Source: Flavobacteriales bacterium
GTDB lineage: Bacteria > Bacteroidota > Bacteroidia > Flavobacteriales > BACL11
Assembly: GCA_018645865.1 (NCBI GenBank)
Contig: JABGVU010000099.1
Span: 5,291 to 69,290, forward strand
Reading direction: 5' to 3'
Length of the DNA: 64,000 bases
This document shows positions 9,158-20,785 of this stretch, one piece after another (positions within the stretch are counted from its first letter, which is position 1; every line of letters starts with the position of its first letter). The position numbers and the translations under genes were made by a program. The notes under the pieces are model-generated. The model saw only the letters and a list, made by a program, of their open reading frames with translations. It was not told where the DNA came from and did not search any database.

Positions 9158-10040
9158 CCCAGTATTATTAAACGAATGTATTGAAGGGTTAAGCATTAAG
9201 CCCACAGGAATTTATGTTGATGTTACCTTTGGTGGTGGTGGTCATTCCAAATTAATTTTAAAACATCTTGATGGAGGTAAGTTATATGCTTTTGATCAGG
9301 ATGAAAATGCGCATAAAAATGCTTTAGAAGGTGATATTTTTAAGTTGATTAATGCAAACTTCAGGCATCTTAAAAATTTCTTAAGAATGGAAGGTGTTCT
9401 TAAGATAGATGGATTGCTAGCTGATTTGGGAGTTTCCTCTCATCAGTTTGATGTTGCTGAAAGAGGTTTCTCTATTCGTTTTGATGGAGAGTTGGATATG
9501 AGAATGAATATCAATTCGCCTTTGTCGGCAAGAAGTGTAGTGAATGAATATACTCAGCAAGATTTGGCAAATGTTTTATTTAAGTATGGTGAGCTCAGAA
9601 ACTCAAGGTCTATTGCTAAAGAAATTATAAATGCTAGAGAAGTTGAGGATATTATTACTACAAATCAATTGATTGAGGTGGTATCTCATATGGTTCCTGA
9701 AAAAAAGAGAAATCAGTTTTTGGCACGTATTTTTCAAGCTATTCGTATTGAGGTAAATGATGAAATGAAAGCTTTGGAAGAAATGCTTTTAAGTGCAGTT
9801 GATATGTTGAATAAAGGTGGGCGCTTAGTGGTGCTTTCTTATCATTCACTGGAAGACAGAATGGTGAAAAATCTTATGAAGAAAGGAAATTTGGAAGGTG
9901 ATTTAGAAAAAGATTTTTTTGGAAATCCAATTAAAGATTTAAAAGAAATAACACGAAAAGTAATAGTAGCTACAGAAGAGCAAATAGCAGAAAACACTAG
10001 AGCTAGAAGTGCAAAATTACGCATAGCTGAAAAAAGTTAA
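9144..10040 (+). CDS. rsmH: 16S rRNA (cytosine1402-N4)-methyltransferase RsmH
   Basis: It has the YHNPVLLNE N-terminus and the SAM motif DVTFGGGGHS. The start could be 9135 or 9144. Confidence 0.9.
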   Translation: MEYHNPVLLNECIEGLSIKPTGIYVDVTFGGGGHSKLILKHLDGGKLYAFDQDENAHKNALEGDIFKLINANFRHLKNFLRMEGVLKIDGLLADLGVSSHQFDVAERGFSIRFDGELDMRMNINSPLSARSVVNEYTQQDLANVLFKYGELRNSRSIAKEIINAREVEDIITTNQLIEVVSHMVPEKKRNQFLARIFQAIRIEVNDEMKALEEMLLSAVDMLNKGGRLVVLSYHSLEDRMVKNLMKKGNLEGDLEKDFFGNPIKDLKEITRKVIVATEEQIAENTRARSAKLRIAEKS

Positions 10041-10372
10041 TGAACACAATAAAAGGAAATAAAAGTTCATTGTTCTCTATCTTAAAAGGGGAGTTTATTG
10101 CGGACCAAAACAATCAAAAATACATTCCTTTTTTATTTTTTATTGTATTACTTATTTTATTGAATATTAGAATTTCTTTTAGGGCTGAACGCTTGTTAAA
10201 GGAATCTATTGCTTTGGAGCAAGATGTGGCAGATTTGCGCTTGGTTTATATCACTACAAAGTCTGATTTAATGAGCATGTACAGGAGGTCAGTTATTGAA
10301 GAAATTGTAGCAGATAATGGTTTAAAAACTTCATTGAATCCACCAATCATTATTGAAAGAAATAATGACTAA
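10040..10372 (+). CDS. ftsL: FtsL-like cell division protein
   Basis: The 110-aa bitopic protein has one TM segment followed by a coiled-coil-like region. It sits between rsmH and ftsI. Confidence 0.6.
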   Translation: MNTIKGNKSSLFSILKGEFIADQNNQKYIPFLFFIVLLILLNIRISFRAERLLKESIALEQDVADLRLVYITTKSDLMSMYRRSVIEEIVADNGLKTSLNPPIIIERNND

Positions 10373-12455
10373 AAAAACAGAAAATAAGAATGTTAGAATT
10401 ATAGGACTTTACCTATTCGTAATGCTTATTGCGGCAGGAATAGTTTCAAAAATTGTAACTGTACAGCAATTTAGCGAATCAATAAATACAAGTAGTCAGC
10501 CGAGATATTTTACAGTTGAAGCTCCAAGAGGAAATATTATTGCTGATGACGGAGCTTTGTTAGCAATCTCTATGCCGCTTTATGATGTTCGCTTAGATAT
10601 GAGTGTGATGAAAAAATTATTGTTTAAAGAAAATGTTGCTGAGCTTGCAGTTTTGTTGTCTAATCTGTTTGAAGATAAAACAGCTGAAGAATATGAATTG
10701 TTTTTAAATCAATCCAAAAGAGCAAAAAAGAACAAGTATATTTTATTACAAAACAAGGTAACGCACAATGAACTGAATGCTTTAAAGAAAATGCCAATAC
10801 TAAAATTAGGACAATATAAAGGAGGTTTAATAGCAGAACAAAGGCCGAATAGAGAGAAGCCATTTGGGTTATTGGCGCAAAGAACAGTAGGTGTGTTAAG
10901 AAATGTAAATCCTGTAGGGATTGAAAGGGCATTTAATCAAACTCTATCAGGAGTTGATGGTAAGCATTTGAAACGAAAAATTGAGAAAGGAATTTGGGTG
11001 CCACAGGATGCAGAAGGAAATAGATTGCCAAGAGCTGGAAATAATGTGATTACTACTATCAATACAGATATGCAAGATGTTGCTGAAAAAGCATTAGAAA
11101 ACACCTTGCTGAATCATGATGCCGATTGGGGTTGTGTGGTGTTGATGGAGGTGGAAACAGGAGAGGTAAAGGTAATTGCAAACTTGAAAAAACAGGAGGA
11201 TGGAAGTGTGAGAGAGCTGTTTAATTTTGCTATGGCTAAGCATGTTTCACCAGGCTCTACCTTTAAGTTAGCTTCAGTAATTGCAGGATTAGAAGATGGT
11301 TATTTTAAGGTTGAGGATTCTGTTAGAACTTATGGTGGGCAATTTAGTTTTTACGATAGGGTAATGAAGGATTCTAAATTAGGGTTGTATGATAATATCA
11401 CCATTAAGCGCGCTTTTATAAAGTCTTCTAATGTTGGTATTTCTCGTATTATTTTTGATAATTATAAAAGTAATCCTACTGCATTTACTGATAGGATTTA
11501 TAAAATGGGCTTAAGTACCCCTTTGGAATTAGAATTGCCTTTTCCAAATAATTTAAAATCACCAATTCCGAATAAAGGAAGTTGGTCAGGAGTTACTCTT
11601 CCTTGGATGTCAATTGGTTATGAAATGCAGTTAACTCCTATTCATATGCTTACTTTCTATAATGCGGTAGCCAATAAAGGAAAAATGGTAAAGCCAATGT
11701 TTACTTCAGCAATCAGTCGTAATGGGAAAATAATTAAAGAACATACTGCTCAGGTGATAAATCCTTCTATATGTTCCAAAGCAACTATTGATGCTGTAAT
11801 GCCTTTACTTGTTGGTGTGGTGGAAGAAGGGACTGCAAAAAATATAAAAACAAGTAATTATTTAATAGCAGGAAAAACAGGAACAACAGTGATTAATTTT
11901 AACAATCGATCGGAGGGGGAAGGGAAAGAGTATCAAGCTTCTTTTGCAGGTTTTTTCCCAGCTGATAATCCAAAATATTCTTGTATAGTGGTAGTAAATA
12001 ATCCTAAAGAAAACGGACATTATGGAGGGTCAGTTGCAGCTCCAATCTTTAAAGAATTAGCGGATAAAGTATATGCTTCTGATATGAGTATTCATAAAGC
12101 ATTGCAGCAATCAGATGCGCTTGCAAGCCTGCCTAAAGTGAAGCAAGGAAGTGTAGAGGAAGTAAATAAAGTATTGTCTGAATTTAAAATAAATACTACT
12201 TCAACTGATGAGCAATGGATGGTTTCAAAAACATCAAAAAATGAAGTTCTTTTAGAAGTAAGAAAAATAGAGAGAGATTTACAAAATGGAAATATGCCTG
12301 ATTTAAGAGGAATGGGAATTCAGGATGCGATTTACTTGTTAGAGTCCTATGGATTAATTGTTAAAATTATTGGAAGTGGAGCTGTGCAATCTCAGTCCAT
12401 TGCAAAAGGAGTGCGTTTTACAAAAGGGAGTATTATTAAATTAGAGTTAGCCTAA
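10353..12455 (+). CDS. ftsI: Penicillin-binding protein 3 / FtsI transpeptidase with C-terminal PASTA-like domain
   Basis: It carries SxxK (STFK), SxN (SSN) and KTGT motifs and an N-terminal TM anchor. It occupies the expected dcw position. Confidence 0.85.
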   Translation: MKEIMTKKTENKNVRIIGLYLFVMLIAAGIVSKIVTVQQFSESINTSSQPRYFTVEAPRGNIIADDGALLAISMPLYDVRLDMSVMKKLLFKENVAELAVLLSNLFEDKTAEEYELFLNQSKRAKKNKYILLQNKVTHNELNALKKMPILKLGQYKGGLIAEQRPNREKPFGLLAQRTVGVLRNVNPVGIERAFNQTLSGVDGKHLKRKIEKGIWVPQDAEGNRLPRAGNNVITTINTDMQDVAEKALENTLLNHDADWGCVVLMEVETGEVKVIANLKKQEDGSVRELFNFAMAKHVSPGSTFKLASVIAGLEDGYFKVEDSVRTYGGQFSFYDRVMKDSKLGLYDNITIKRAFIKSSNVGISRIIFDNYKSNPTAFTDRIYKMGLSTPLELELPFPNNLKSPIPNKGSWSGVTLPWMSIGYEMQLTPIHMLTFYNAVANKGKMVKPMFTSAISRNGKIIKEHTAQVINPSICSKATIDAVMPLLVGVVEEGTAKNIKTSNYLIAGKTGTTVINFNNRSEGEGKEYQASFAGFFPADNPKYSCIVVVNNPKENGHYGGSVAAPIFKELADKVYASDMSIHKALQQSDALASLPKVKQGSVEEVNKVLSEFKINTTSTDEQWMVSKTSKNEVLLEVRKIERDLQNGNMPDLRGMGIQDAIYLLESYGLIVKIIGSGAVQSQSIAKGVRFTKGSIIKLELA

Positions 12456-13915
12456 TGAACTTACAAGAACTATTATATAAAGTAAGTGTTTTAAAAGTAG
12501 TAGGGACTACTAATATTGAGGTTCTTGATATTGCTTTTGATTCTAGAAAAGTAAAAGTAAATTCCTTATTTATTGCGGTGAAAGGAACGCAATCTGATGG
12601 GCATACTTATATTTCACAAACAATAAAAGCAGGTGTTTCAGTTATTGTTTTGGAAGATATGCCAGCTGATTTGGATGATAAAACGACTTATATTCAAGTG
12701 GAAGATAGTAGTATTGCTTTAGGAATTATTGCAGCTAATTTTTATGAGAATCCTTCTGGAAAGTTAAAATTAGTTGGAATTACTGGAACTAATGGTAAAA
12801 CTACAATAGTCAGTTTGTTGAGTCAAATATTTACTTTATTGAATGTAAAAGTAGGTATGCTGTCTACAATACAAAATAAAATTATTGATGAAGTTATTCC
12901 ATCAACTCATACTACTCCTGATGCTTTGCATCTTAATTTTTTATTGAATAGAATGATCAAGGAAGGTTGTAAATATTGTTTTATGGAAGTAAGTTCTCAT
13001 GCTATTGCACAAGGAAGAATCTCAGGGTTAAATTTTTCAGGTGGTATATTTACTAATATCACTCAGGATCATTTAGACTATCATAACACCTTTACTGAAT
13101 ACCGTGATGTAAAAAAATCCTTCTTTGATATTTTACCAAAATCAGCTTTTGCACTTAGCAATAAAGATGATAAAAATGGCATGAAAATGCTAGAGGGAAC
13201 GAAAGCTAAAAAATGTACTTATGCACTTAAGTCAGTTGCGGATTATAAATGCAGGGTACTTGAAAATCAGTTTGAGGGGCTGCTGTTAAATATCAATAAA
13301 GTAGATGTTTCGGTTAAATTGATTGGGGATTTTAATGCTTACAATATGCTTTCAGTTTATGCTGTTACTAATCTTTTTGATTTTGAGGATAATGAGGTGC
13401 TTACAGCATTGAGTATGCTCACTGCAGTTGAGGGAAGGTTTCAGTATTTGCAATCCAAAGAAAAGATTACTGCAATAGTGGATTATGCTCATACGGATGA
13501 TGCATTAAAGAATGTAATTTCTACAATAAATAATATCAGATCCAATTCCGAACAATTAATAACGGTTGTTGGTTGCGGCGGTGATAGAGATAAAACAAAG
13601 CGACCATTAATGGCAGCTGTTGCTTGTAACTTAAGTAATCAGGTTATTCTTACTGCAGATAATCCTAGGTCAGAAAGTCCTAATGCAATTATAGAAGATA
13701 TGTTAGAAGGATTAGATCTTATTCAAAAGAAGAAGGTATTAGTAATTACGGATAGAGCTCAGGCGATTAAAACAGCTTGTCGCTTAGCAAATACCAATGA
13801 TATTGTATTGGTTTCTGGCAAAGGGCATGAGAAATATCAAGAAATTAATGGAGAAAAATTTCCATTTGACGATTTAGAAGAACTCAAACAATCATTAAAT
13901 ATAATTATACAATAA
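12455..13915 (+). CDS. murE: UDP-N-acetylmuramoyl-L-alanyl-D-glutamate--2,6-diaminopimelate ligase
   Basis: It has the Mur ligase P-loop [10 protein letters not shown] and DNPR near the C-terminus. It occupies the expected dcw position. Confidence 0.9.
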   Translation: MNLQELLYKVSVLKVVGTTNIEVLDIAFDSRKVKVNSLFIAVKGTQSDGHTYISQTIKAGVSVIVLEDMPADLDDKTTYIQVEDSSIALGIIAANFYENPSGKLKLVGITGTNGKTTIVSLLSQIFTLLNVKVGMLSTIQNKIIDEVIPSTHTTPDALHLNFLLNRMIKEGCKYCFMEVSSHAIAQGRISGLNFSGGIFTNITQDHLDYHNTFTEYRDVKKSFFDILPKSAFALSNKDDKNGMKMLEGTKAKKCTYALKSVADYKCRVLENQFEGLLLNINKVDVSVKLIGDFNAYNMLSVYAVTNLFDFEDNEVLTALSMLTAVEGRFQYLQSKEKITAIVDYAHTDDALKNVISTINNIRSNSEQLITVVGCGGDRDKTKRPLMAAVACNLSNQVILTADNPRSESPNAIIEDMLEGLDLIQKKKVLVITDRAQAIKTACRLANTNDIVLVSGKGHEKYQEINGEKFPFDDLEELKQSLNIIIQ

Positions 13916-15129
13916 TGTTATACTACTTATTTGAATACTTACAAAGTGCTTATGATTTTCCTGGAGCAGGATTGTTCCAGTATATTTCTTTTCGTGCAGC
14001 AATGGCAATCATTACTTCTCTTTTAGTGTCCTTAGTTTCTGGGGGCAAAATCATCAATATTATCCGTAATAAACAAATTGGTGAGCAAGTAAGAGAATTA
14101 GGTTTGATAGGAGAAGAGCGTAAAAAAGGAACGCCAACTATGGGAGGATTAATCATCTTAGCAGCTATTCTTATTCCTACTTTATTGTTTACTAAACTAG
14201 ATAATATTTACATCATTATTATGATAGTTTCTACACTATGGCTTGGTGTTATTGGATTTATTGATGATTATATCAAAGTGTACAAAAAAGATAAAGAAGG
14301 ATTGGCAGGAAGGTTTAAGATTTTAGGTCAAGTTGGGATTGGTTTAATTGTAGGTTTAGTGATGGTTTTTCATGAAGATATTGTGGTGAAAGAAGATATT
14401 AAAATTTCTGTTGACACTGAAATAATTGGTTCGGTTGATTTAGCTAAGAAATCTTCAAAAACAACAACTCCTTTCTTTAAGAATAATGAATTTGACTATC
14501 AAGATCTAACTTCTTGGATGGGAGATTCTGCAAAAGATTACGCTTGGATATTCTTTATTCTGATAGTGGTAATTATCATAACAGCAGTTTCCAATGGAGC
14601 AAATATGACGGATGGCTTAGATGGCTTAGCGACAGGGACTTCAGCAATTATTGGTGCCACACTTGTCCTTTTCGCATATGTGTCTGGTAACATAATTGCT
14701 GCCGATTATTTAAATATAATGTATATTCCTAATACAGGAGAATTGGTAATTTATATGTCTGCTTTTGTGGGAGCTTGTGTAGGGTTTATGTGGTACAATT
14801 CTTATCCAGCACAAGTATTTATGGGTGATACGGGTTCTTTGGCCTTAGGAGGTATTATTGCGGTAGTTGCTATCCTAATTCGTAAAGAATTACTTATCCC
14901 TATTTTGTGTGGGATATTTTTAATTGAAAATGTATCAGTAATGCTACAAGTTGGTTATTTCAAATACACAAAAAAGAGATATGGTATTGGGAAGCGTATC
15001 TTTAAGATGGCTCCATTGCATCATCACTACCAGAAATTGGGAATGCATGAAAGTAAAATTGTAACAAGGTTTTGGATTATTGGAATCATGTTAGCAGTTA
15101 TAACAATAGTTACTTTAAAACTGAGGTAA
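13915..15129 (+). CDS. mraY: Phospho-N-acetylmuramoyl-pentapeptide transferase
   Basis: It carries the motifs [13 protein letters not shown] and [11 protein letters not shown] and is a polytopic membrane protein. Confidence 0.95.
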   Translation: MLYYLFEYLQSAYDFPGAGLFQYISFRAAMAIITSLLVSLVSGGKIINIIRNKQIGEQVRELGLIGEERKKGTPTMGGLIILAAILIPTLLFTKLDNIYIIIMIVSTLWLGVIGFIDDYIKVYKKDKEGLAGRFKILGQVGIGLIVGLVMVFHEDIVVKEDIKISVDTEIIGSVDLAKKSSKTTTPFFKNNEFDYQDLTSWMGDSAKDYAWIFFILIVVIIITAVSNGANMTDGLDGLATGTSAIIGATLVLFAYVSGNIIAADYLNIMYIPNTGELVIYMSAFVGACVGFMWYNSYPAQVFMGDTGSLALGGIIAVVAILIRKELLIPILCGIFLIENVSVMLQVGYFKYTKKRYGIGKRIFKMAPLHHHYQKLGMHESKIVTRFWIIGIMLAVITIVTLKLR

Positions 15130-16448
15130 TGGTAAAAAGAATAGTTGTACTAGGTGCAGGACTTAGTGGAGTTGGGGCGGCTGTTTTAGCAAAGAAGAAA
15201 GGGTTTAATGTTTTTGTTTCGGATAAAGGAACAATCACGGATAAAAATAAAGTAGTTCTGTTAAATAATGAAATTGAGTGGGAGGAGCAAAAGCACTCAT
15301 CTGAAAGTATTTTAAATGGGGATGAGGTAATTAAAAGTCCAGGAATTCCTGATAATGTAGATTTGATTCAGCAATTAATTGCAAAAGAGATTCCAGTAAT
15401 TTCTGAAATAGAATTTGCTTTTAGATATACCAATGCAAAAATTGCAGCTATTACAGGCAGTAACGGAAAAACCACAACTACTTTACTGCTTGGGCATGTA
15501 CTGAAAAGTGCAGGCTATGATGTGCTAGTTGCAGGAAATGTAGGTGTTGGGTTTGCGCTTTCTTTATCTGAACGTGATTATGATTATATCGTTTTGGAAT
15601 TGAGTAGTTTCCAGTTGGATGGTATTCAGAAATTCAGAAGTGATGTTGCTATATTGTTAAATATTACTGCTGATCATTTGGATAGATATAATAATAAACT
15701 GGAAAATTATGCTGCATCAAAATTCAGGATTACAGAAAATCAAACTACGGAAGATGTACTAATTTATAATGCAGATGATGCAATGATGAAGGGACTCACG
15801 ACAAAAGCAAAAAAACTTCCAATCTCATTAACTACTAAGCAAGCAGAAGGAGGGTTTTACAATAACAATGAAATAATAATTAATTTAAATAATAATACTA
15901 TGACAATGCAAGAATTAGCTCTACAAGGTAAGCACAATATTTTTAACTCAATGGCAGCCGCTATTGCAGCAAGAGTTTTTGAAGTAAAGGATACAATTAT
16001 TCGTCAAGCAATGATTGATTTCCAAAATATTGAACACAGATTGGAATATGTGCTTACAGTACATGGTATCGATTTTATTAACGATTCAAAAGCAACTAAT
16101 GTAAATGCCTGTTGGTATTCTCTGGAAAGTATGACTAAAGAAGTGGTTTGGATAGTTGGCGGGGTAGATAAAGGAAATGACTATGTTGAGTTAACTGAAA
16201 TGGTTGATAAAAAGGTAAAGGCAATTATTTGTTTAGGAGAAAATAATGAAAACATTATTTCAGCTTTCAAAGGAAAAGTAGAAATTATTCTTCAGGCATC
16301 AAGTATGAAAGAGGCTGTACATCAATCTTATGCATTAGCGGATAAGCAGGATGTTGTTTTGTTATCTCCAGCTTGTGCGAGTTTTGATTTATTTGCTAAT
16401 TATGAGGATAGAGGTATGCAGTTTAAAAAACAAGTTCGTAATCTGTAA
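15129..16448 (+). CDS. murD: UDP-N-acetylmuramoylalanine--D-glutamate ligase
   Basis: The ATG at 15129 overlaps the mraY stop (TAATG). The protein has an N-terminal Rossmann segment (VVLGAGLSGVG) and the P-loop ITGSNGKTTT. The track's start at 15072 lies inside mraY. Confidence 0.9.
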   Translation: MVKRIVVLGAGLSGVGAAVLAKKKGFNVFVSDKGTITDKNKVVLLNNEIEWEEQKHSSESILNGDEVIKSPGIPDNVDLIQQLIAKEIPVISEIEFAFRYTNAKIAAITGSNGKTTTTLLLGHVLKSAGYDVLVAGNVGVGFALSLSERDYDYIVLELSSFQLDGIQKFRSDVAILLNITADHLDRYNNKLENYAASKFRITENQTTEDVLIYNADDAMMKGLTTKAKKLPISLTTKQAEGGFYNNNEIIINLNNNTMTMQELALQGKHNIFNSMAAAIAARVFEVKDTIIRQAMIDFQNIEHRLEYVLTVHGIDFINDSKATNVNACWYSLESMTKEVVWIVGGVDKGNDYVELTEMVDKKVKAIICLGENNENIISAFKGKVEIILQASSMKEAVHQSYALADKQDVVLLSPACASFDLFANYEDRGMQFKKQVRNL

Positions 16449-17579
16449 ATGAGCTCTTGGATAAAAAATATCAATTTAGAGGGAGATAGAACAATTTGGG
16501 GAGTAGTCCTTGCTTTGTCTTTATCTTCTGTATTAGTAGTTTATAGTACTGCTGGTTGGCATTTTTTATTTAGTCATATTACTAAATTATTACTGGGTTT
16601 GTTTGCTATGTATGTTGTGCATAAAATTAAGTTTAAGTATTTTTCAAAAATAGGACAGATAGGATTCCTATTTAGCTTGTTTTTACTTGTGTTAGTTTTG
16701 CTTATAGGAGTAAGTGTTAACGGAGCATCAAGGTGGTTACAATTTGCAAATCTTCAATTTCAACCTTCTGATGTAGCCAAGTTGGCAATACTCGTCTATA
16801 TCGCAAGGCAGATTAGTAAGCAAAGGGATTATCTTCATGATTTTAAGGAATTATTTTGGCATGTTTTAGGACCTTTGATTTTGGTGTGTGTTTTAATTTT
16901 ACCAAATAATTTTTCAACAGCAGCATTGGTCTTTATTAATGGTTTGATGCTGATGTTTGTTGGAAAAATTCGTGTTAAATTTATTGCGGCGATTATTGGT
17001 TTTGCTTTTTTAGGAGCACTTACTATTTATGCTACTGCTAAATTTAATTCTTTAGGAACAAAAATTATGCCTAGGTCAGCTACTTGGGTAAGTCGTATTG
17101 ATAGTTTTTTTACTGATGCTGAGGGAGATGAGCAATCGAAAGATTTTCAGCAAACACAAGCATTGGTAGCCATACAAAATGGAGGGATGACAGGAGTGGG
17201 TCCTGGAAAAAGTATCCAAAGAAATATTTTACCTTATTCATCTTCCGATTTTATTTACGCTATTATCATTGAGGAGTATGGTTTGTTTGGAGGTGTATTA
17301 ATTTTGTTGTTTTATCTGATTTTAATGTTTAGAGCCATTAGAATTGCACTGAGAGTGAAGAGTGTATTTGGTAGTTTGCTAGTTACAGGTTTAATGTTTT
17401 CTTTAGTTTTTCAAGCCTTAATAAACATGTTAGTTTCGGTAGAAGTATTGCCAGTTACAGGGCAAACCCTACCACTGATAAGTATGGGAGGAACCTCAAT
17501 TGTATTTTCGTGTATTGCAATTGGGATAGTATTGAGTGTAAGTAGAGATGCAACAGATAGAAAGTATGAAAAAGCTTAA
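16449..17579 (+). CDS. ftsW: SEDS-family peptidoglycan glycosyltransferase FtsW
   Basis: It is a 10-TM-type protein with SEDS blocks (SDFIYAIIIEEYGLFGG, TGQTLPLISMGGTS). Confidence 0.9.
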   Translation: MSSWIKNINLEGDRTIWGVVLALSLSSVLVVYSTAGWHFLFSHITKLLLGLFAMYVVHKIKFKYFSKIGQIGFLFSLFLLVLVLLIGVSVNGASRWLQFANLQFQPSDVAKLAILVYIARQISKQRDYLHDFKELFWHVLGPLILVCVLILPNNFSTAALVFINGLMLMFVGKIRVKFIAAIIGFAFLGALTIYATAKFNSLGTKIMPRSATWVSRIDSFFTDAEGDEQSKDFQQTQALVAIQNGGMTGVGPGKSIQRNILPYSSSDFIYAIIIEEYGLFGGVLILLFYLILMFRAIRIALRVKSVFGSLLVTGLMFSLVFQALINMLVSVEVLPVTGQTLPLISMGGTSIVFSCIAIGIVLSVSRDATDRKYEKA

Positions 17580-18666
17580 AGTAATTATTAGTGGAGGTGG
17601 TACGGGAGGACATATTTTTCCTGCCCTAGCAATTGCAAAAGCAATAGAAAAAAAAGTGGAGAAAGTAGAGTTTCTATTTGTTGGTGCTGTAGATAGAATG
17701 GAAATGGAAAAAATTCCAGCAGCGGGATATAAAATTGTTGGACTTTGGATTAGTGGCTTGCAAAGAAAACTTAGTATACGTAATTTATTATTTCCTTTTA
17801 AATTGATAAGTAGCTTGCTAAAAGCAAGAAAAATTATTAAACAATTTAAACCTGATTTAGCAATTGGAACTGGGGGTTATGCTAGTGGTCCTTTGCTTTT
17901 TTTAGCTGCTCATAAAGGAGTTCCCTCTCTTATTCAAGAGCAAAATTCTTATCCAGGTATTACTAATAAAATTTTAGCAAAATATGTTAAAAAGGTTTGC
18001 GTAGCTTATGATAATATGGAGAGATTTTTTGGAAATGAAAAAATGATTATTACAGGAAACCCTATCCGTGAGGATATTTTAAGTTTTGACACAAAAGTTG
18101 AGGCAGGAAGAAAGCTATTTAATTTAGATGTTTCAAAACCAACTGTTTTGGTTGTAGGCGGTAGTTTAGGTGCACATACAATAAATAATGCTATTGCTAA
18201 AAATATAACTGATTTTAAAACCGCTGAGATTAATTTAATTTGGCAAACAGGAATTTCTTTTCAGAATCAAGCTAAAAAAATTACTAATCAGGTTGGTATG
18301 ATTGGAATACAGGCGTATACTTTTATAAAAGAAATGGATTTAGCCTATGCTGCTGCTGATGTTATTGTTTCGCGTGCCGGAGCAATTGCTATTTCAGAAT
18401 TGTGTTGCGTAGGAAAGCCAATTATTTTGGTTCCTTCTCCTAATGTGTCTGAAAATCATCAGTATAAAAATGCACAATCCTTAGTTAATAAGAATGCTGC
18501 TTTACTTGTTAAGGATAGGCATGCAAGCCGTAAACTTGTGCTTATGCTGTTGGAATTATTAACAAATAGTGGTAAGCAAGAAAAGTTAAGTAATAATATT
18601 AAAAAATTAGCGGTGAAAGATGCTGCAGATAAGATTGCAGAAATTGCATTGGGTTTAATAGAATGA
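17566..18666 (+). CDS. murG: UDP-N-acetylglucosamine--N-acetylmuramyl-(pentapeptide) pyrophosphoryl-undecaprenol GlcNAc transferase
   Basis: It has the N-terminal G-loop GGGTGGHIFPA. I prefer the start at M7 (17566), which overlaps the 3' end of ftsW. Confidence 0.9.
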   Translation: MKKLKVIISGGGTGGHIFPALAIAKAIEKKVEKVEFLFVGAVDRMEMEKIPAAGYKIVGLWISGLQRKLSIRNLLFPFKLISSLLKARKIIKQFKPDLAIGTGGYASGPLLFLAAHKGVPSLIQEQNSYPGITNKILAKYVKKVCVAYDNMERFFGNEKMIITGNPIREDILSFDTKVEAGRKLFNLDVSKPTVLVVGGSLGAHTINNAIAKNITDFKTAEINLIWQTGISFQNQAKKITNQVGMIGIQAYTFIKEMDLAYAAADVIVSRAGAIAISELCCVGKPIILVPSPNVSENHQYKNAQSLVNKNAALLVKDRHASRKLVLMLLELLTNSGKQEKLSNNIKKLAVKDAADKIAEIALGLIE

Positions 18667-20063
18667 ATATAGATTTATACAAACATATTTACCTAATTGG
18701 TATTGGAGGAATTGGAATGAGTGCTTTGGCACGCTATTTTAATGCTCATGGAAAACAAATTTATGGTTATGATAAAGTGCAATCGGATTTATGTTATGAA
18801 CTAGAAAGTGAAGGGATTCAAATTCATTACAATGATGCAACAGAAAATATCCCGCAATGCATACAAGAAGCTATTTATAATGAAATTTTAGTTATTTATA
18901 CTCCTGCCATTTCTGAGGAAAATATAGTGTTAAGTTATTTTAAGGATAAAGGATTTAAGTTGCACAAAAGAGCTGAAGTGTTAGGGATGATAAGTAAAGA
19001 ATCCTTTACTATTGCTGTTGCAGGTACACATGGTAAAACAACAACTTCAGCAATTTTGGCTCATGTTTTGAATCATGCGGGGAAACAATCCACTGCCTTT
19101 TTAGGGGGAATAAGCAAGAATTATAATACAAATTTGATGTTAGCTGAAAAAGGAAATATCCTTATTGTGGAAGCAGATGAATACGATAAATCTTTTTTGC
19201 AATTACACCCTGATGTAGCAATTATCACTTCTGTGGATGCTGATCATTTGGATATTTATAAGGATAAACAAGATTTACATAATGCATTTAAGCAGTTTGC
19301 ATCTCAAATAAAACCCAATGGTTTATTATTGTTGGAGGATTCCATAACAATTGATTTTCCAACTCCTGATCAGGCAATGAAGTTGACTTATTCAGCAGTA
19401 AATAAAGCGGATTACTCAGCTGAAAATATAGAAGTGAAAGAAGGAAAAATGGTTTTTGATTTGACAGCTATGGGTATTATGCCAAGCATGACATATGAAA
19501 AAAAGCAACAAGGACTATCATTTATTTTGCCAGGAATACACAATGTAAGTAATGCAATTGCTGCTTCAGCGGTAGCCTGTTATTTAGGACTTTCTTGTGA
19601 AGATATTGTAAGAGGATTAAACACTTTTAAAGGAATAAATAGAAGATTTGATGTTCATATCAATACTCAAGAATTAGCTTATGTTGATGATTATGCACAT
19701 CATCCTCAAGAAGTAAGTGCCACAATAAATGCAGCAAAACTTTTATTTCCTGAGCGAGAGATTACTGTAGTGTTCCAACCGCATTTATTTTCTCGAACTA
19801 AGGATTTTTATCAAGAGTTTGCAGTTTCATTGTCTTTAGCCGATCAGCTTATTTTATTAGATATATATCCTGCAAGAGAATTGCCAATTGAGGGTGTAAA
19901 CTCTAGAATGTTGTTGGATTTGTGTACCAGTCCAAAAAAAGAAACATGTAGTAAACAGGAGTTATTAAAAATATTGAAAGGAGAAAATTTAGATGTGTTG
20001 ATGACATTAGGAGCTGGAGATATTGGTGCTTTGGCACAGCCCATAAAACATTTGCTTAACTAA
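18663..20063 (+). CDS. murC: UDP-N-acetylmuramate--L-alanine ligase
   Basis: It has the N-terminal GIGGIGMSALA and the P-loop AGTHGKTTT. It overlaps murG through ATGA. Confidence 0.9.
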   Translation: MNIDLYKHIYLIGIGGIGMSALARYFNAHGKQIYGYDKVQSDLCYELESEGIQIHYNDATENIPQCIQEAIYNEILVIYTPAISEENIVLSYFKDKGFKLHKRAEVLGMISKESFTIAVAGTHGKTTTSAILAHVLNHAGKQSTAFLGGISKNYNTNLMLAEKGNILIVEADEYDKSFLQLHPDVAIITSVDADHLDIYKDKQDLHNAFKQFASQIKPNGLLLLEDSITIDFPTPDQAMKLTYSAVNKADYSAENIEVKEGKMVFDLTAMGIMPSMTYEKKQQGLSFILPGIHNVSNAIAASAVACYLGLSCEDIVRGLNTFKGINRRFDVHINTQELAYVDDYAHHPQEVSATINAAKLLFPEREITVVFQPHLFSRTKDFYQEFAVSLSLADQLILLDIYPARELPIEGVNSRMLLDLCTSPKKETCSKQELLKILKGENLDVLMTLGAGDIGALAQPIKHLLN

Positions 20064-20782
20064 TGAAAAAGGTATTGCAAATATTAAAGTGGGGAATGCT
20101 ATTGTCTTTGATGCTTGTTGTTTTGGCGTTTACGAATCAAAAGCAAAATAAGCAAATGATATTCTTAAGTCAAATCAATATTGAAATGTCAGAAGATAAA
20201 TTTATGACCGAGCAAATTGCATTAAAATATATTGAACAACATGATTTTAATTTTGATAGTATTACCCTTTCAAATTCTTATTTGAACGAATTGGAGATAG
20301 CTTTTTTACAGCATCCAGCTATTAAAAATGCAGAAGTATATAGCAATCAAGAAGGCGTGATGAATATTAACTTACAACAAAGAAAGGTAGCAGTTCGTAT
20401 TAAAACTGATAATGCCGATTATTACTTGGATGAACAAGGAATGAGAATGCCTTTGTCAAGCGAATACACTCCAAGAGTTTTGGTTGTGACTGGGGAAGTA
20501 AATGAATCTCATCATTCTAGTATTTTCAGTTTTGTAGAAAAAATAAATAAGGATAAATTCTGGAAATCACAAATTAATCAGGTGCATTTCTACAATAAGG
20601 AAGTAATTATTATTCCCAGGGTAGGTAGTCAGAAAATACATTTTGGAGCACTTACAGATGTGAATGAGAAATTAGGAAATTTATATCAGTTTTATAAACA
20701 AGCAATGCCTGTTAAAGGGTGGCAAACCTATAGTGACATTAGTTTAGCATATAATAATCAAATTGTTTGCACAAAAAAATAA
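20063..20782 (+). CDS. ftsQ: Cell division protein FtsQ
   Basis: It is a bitopic protein with a POTRA-like region and sits between murC and ftsA. Confidence 0.7.
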   Translation: MKKVLQILKWGMLLSLMLVVLAFTNQKQNKQMIFLSQINIEMSEDKFMTEQIALKYIEQHDFNFDSITLSNSYLNELEIAFLQHPAIKNAEVYSNQEGVMNINLQQRKVAVRIKTDNADYYLDEQGMRMPLSSEYTPRVLVVTGEVNESHHSSIFSFVEKINKDKFWKSQINQVHFYNKEVIIIPRVGSQKIHFGALTDVNEKLGNLYQFYKQAMPVKGWQTYSDISLAYNNQIVCTKK

Positions 20783-20785
20783 GAA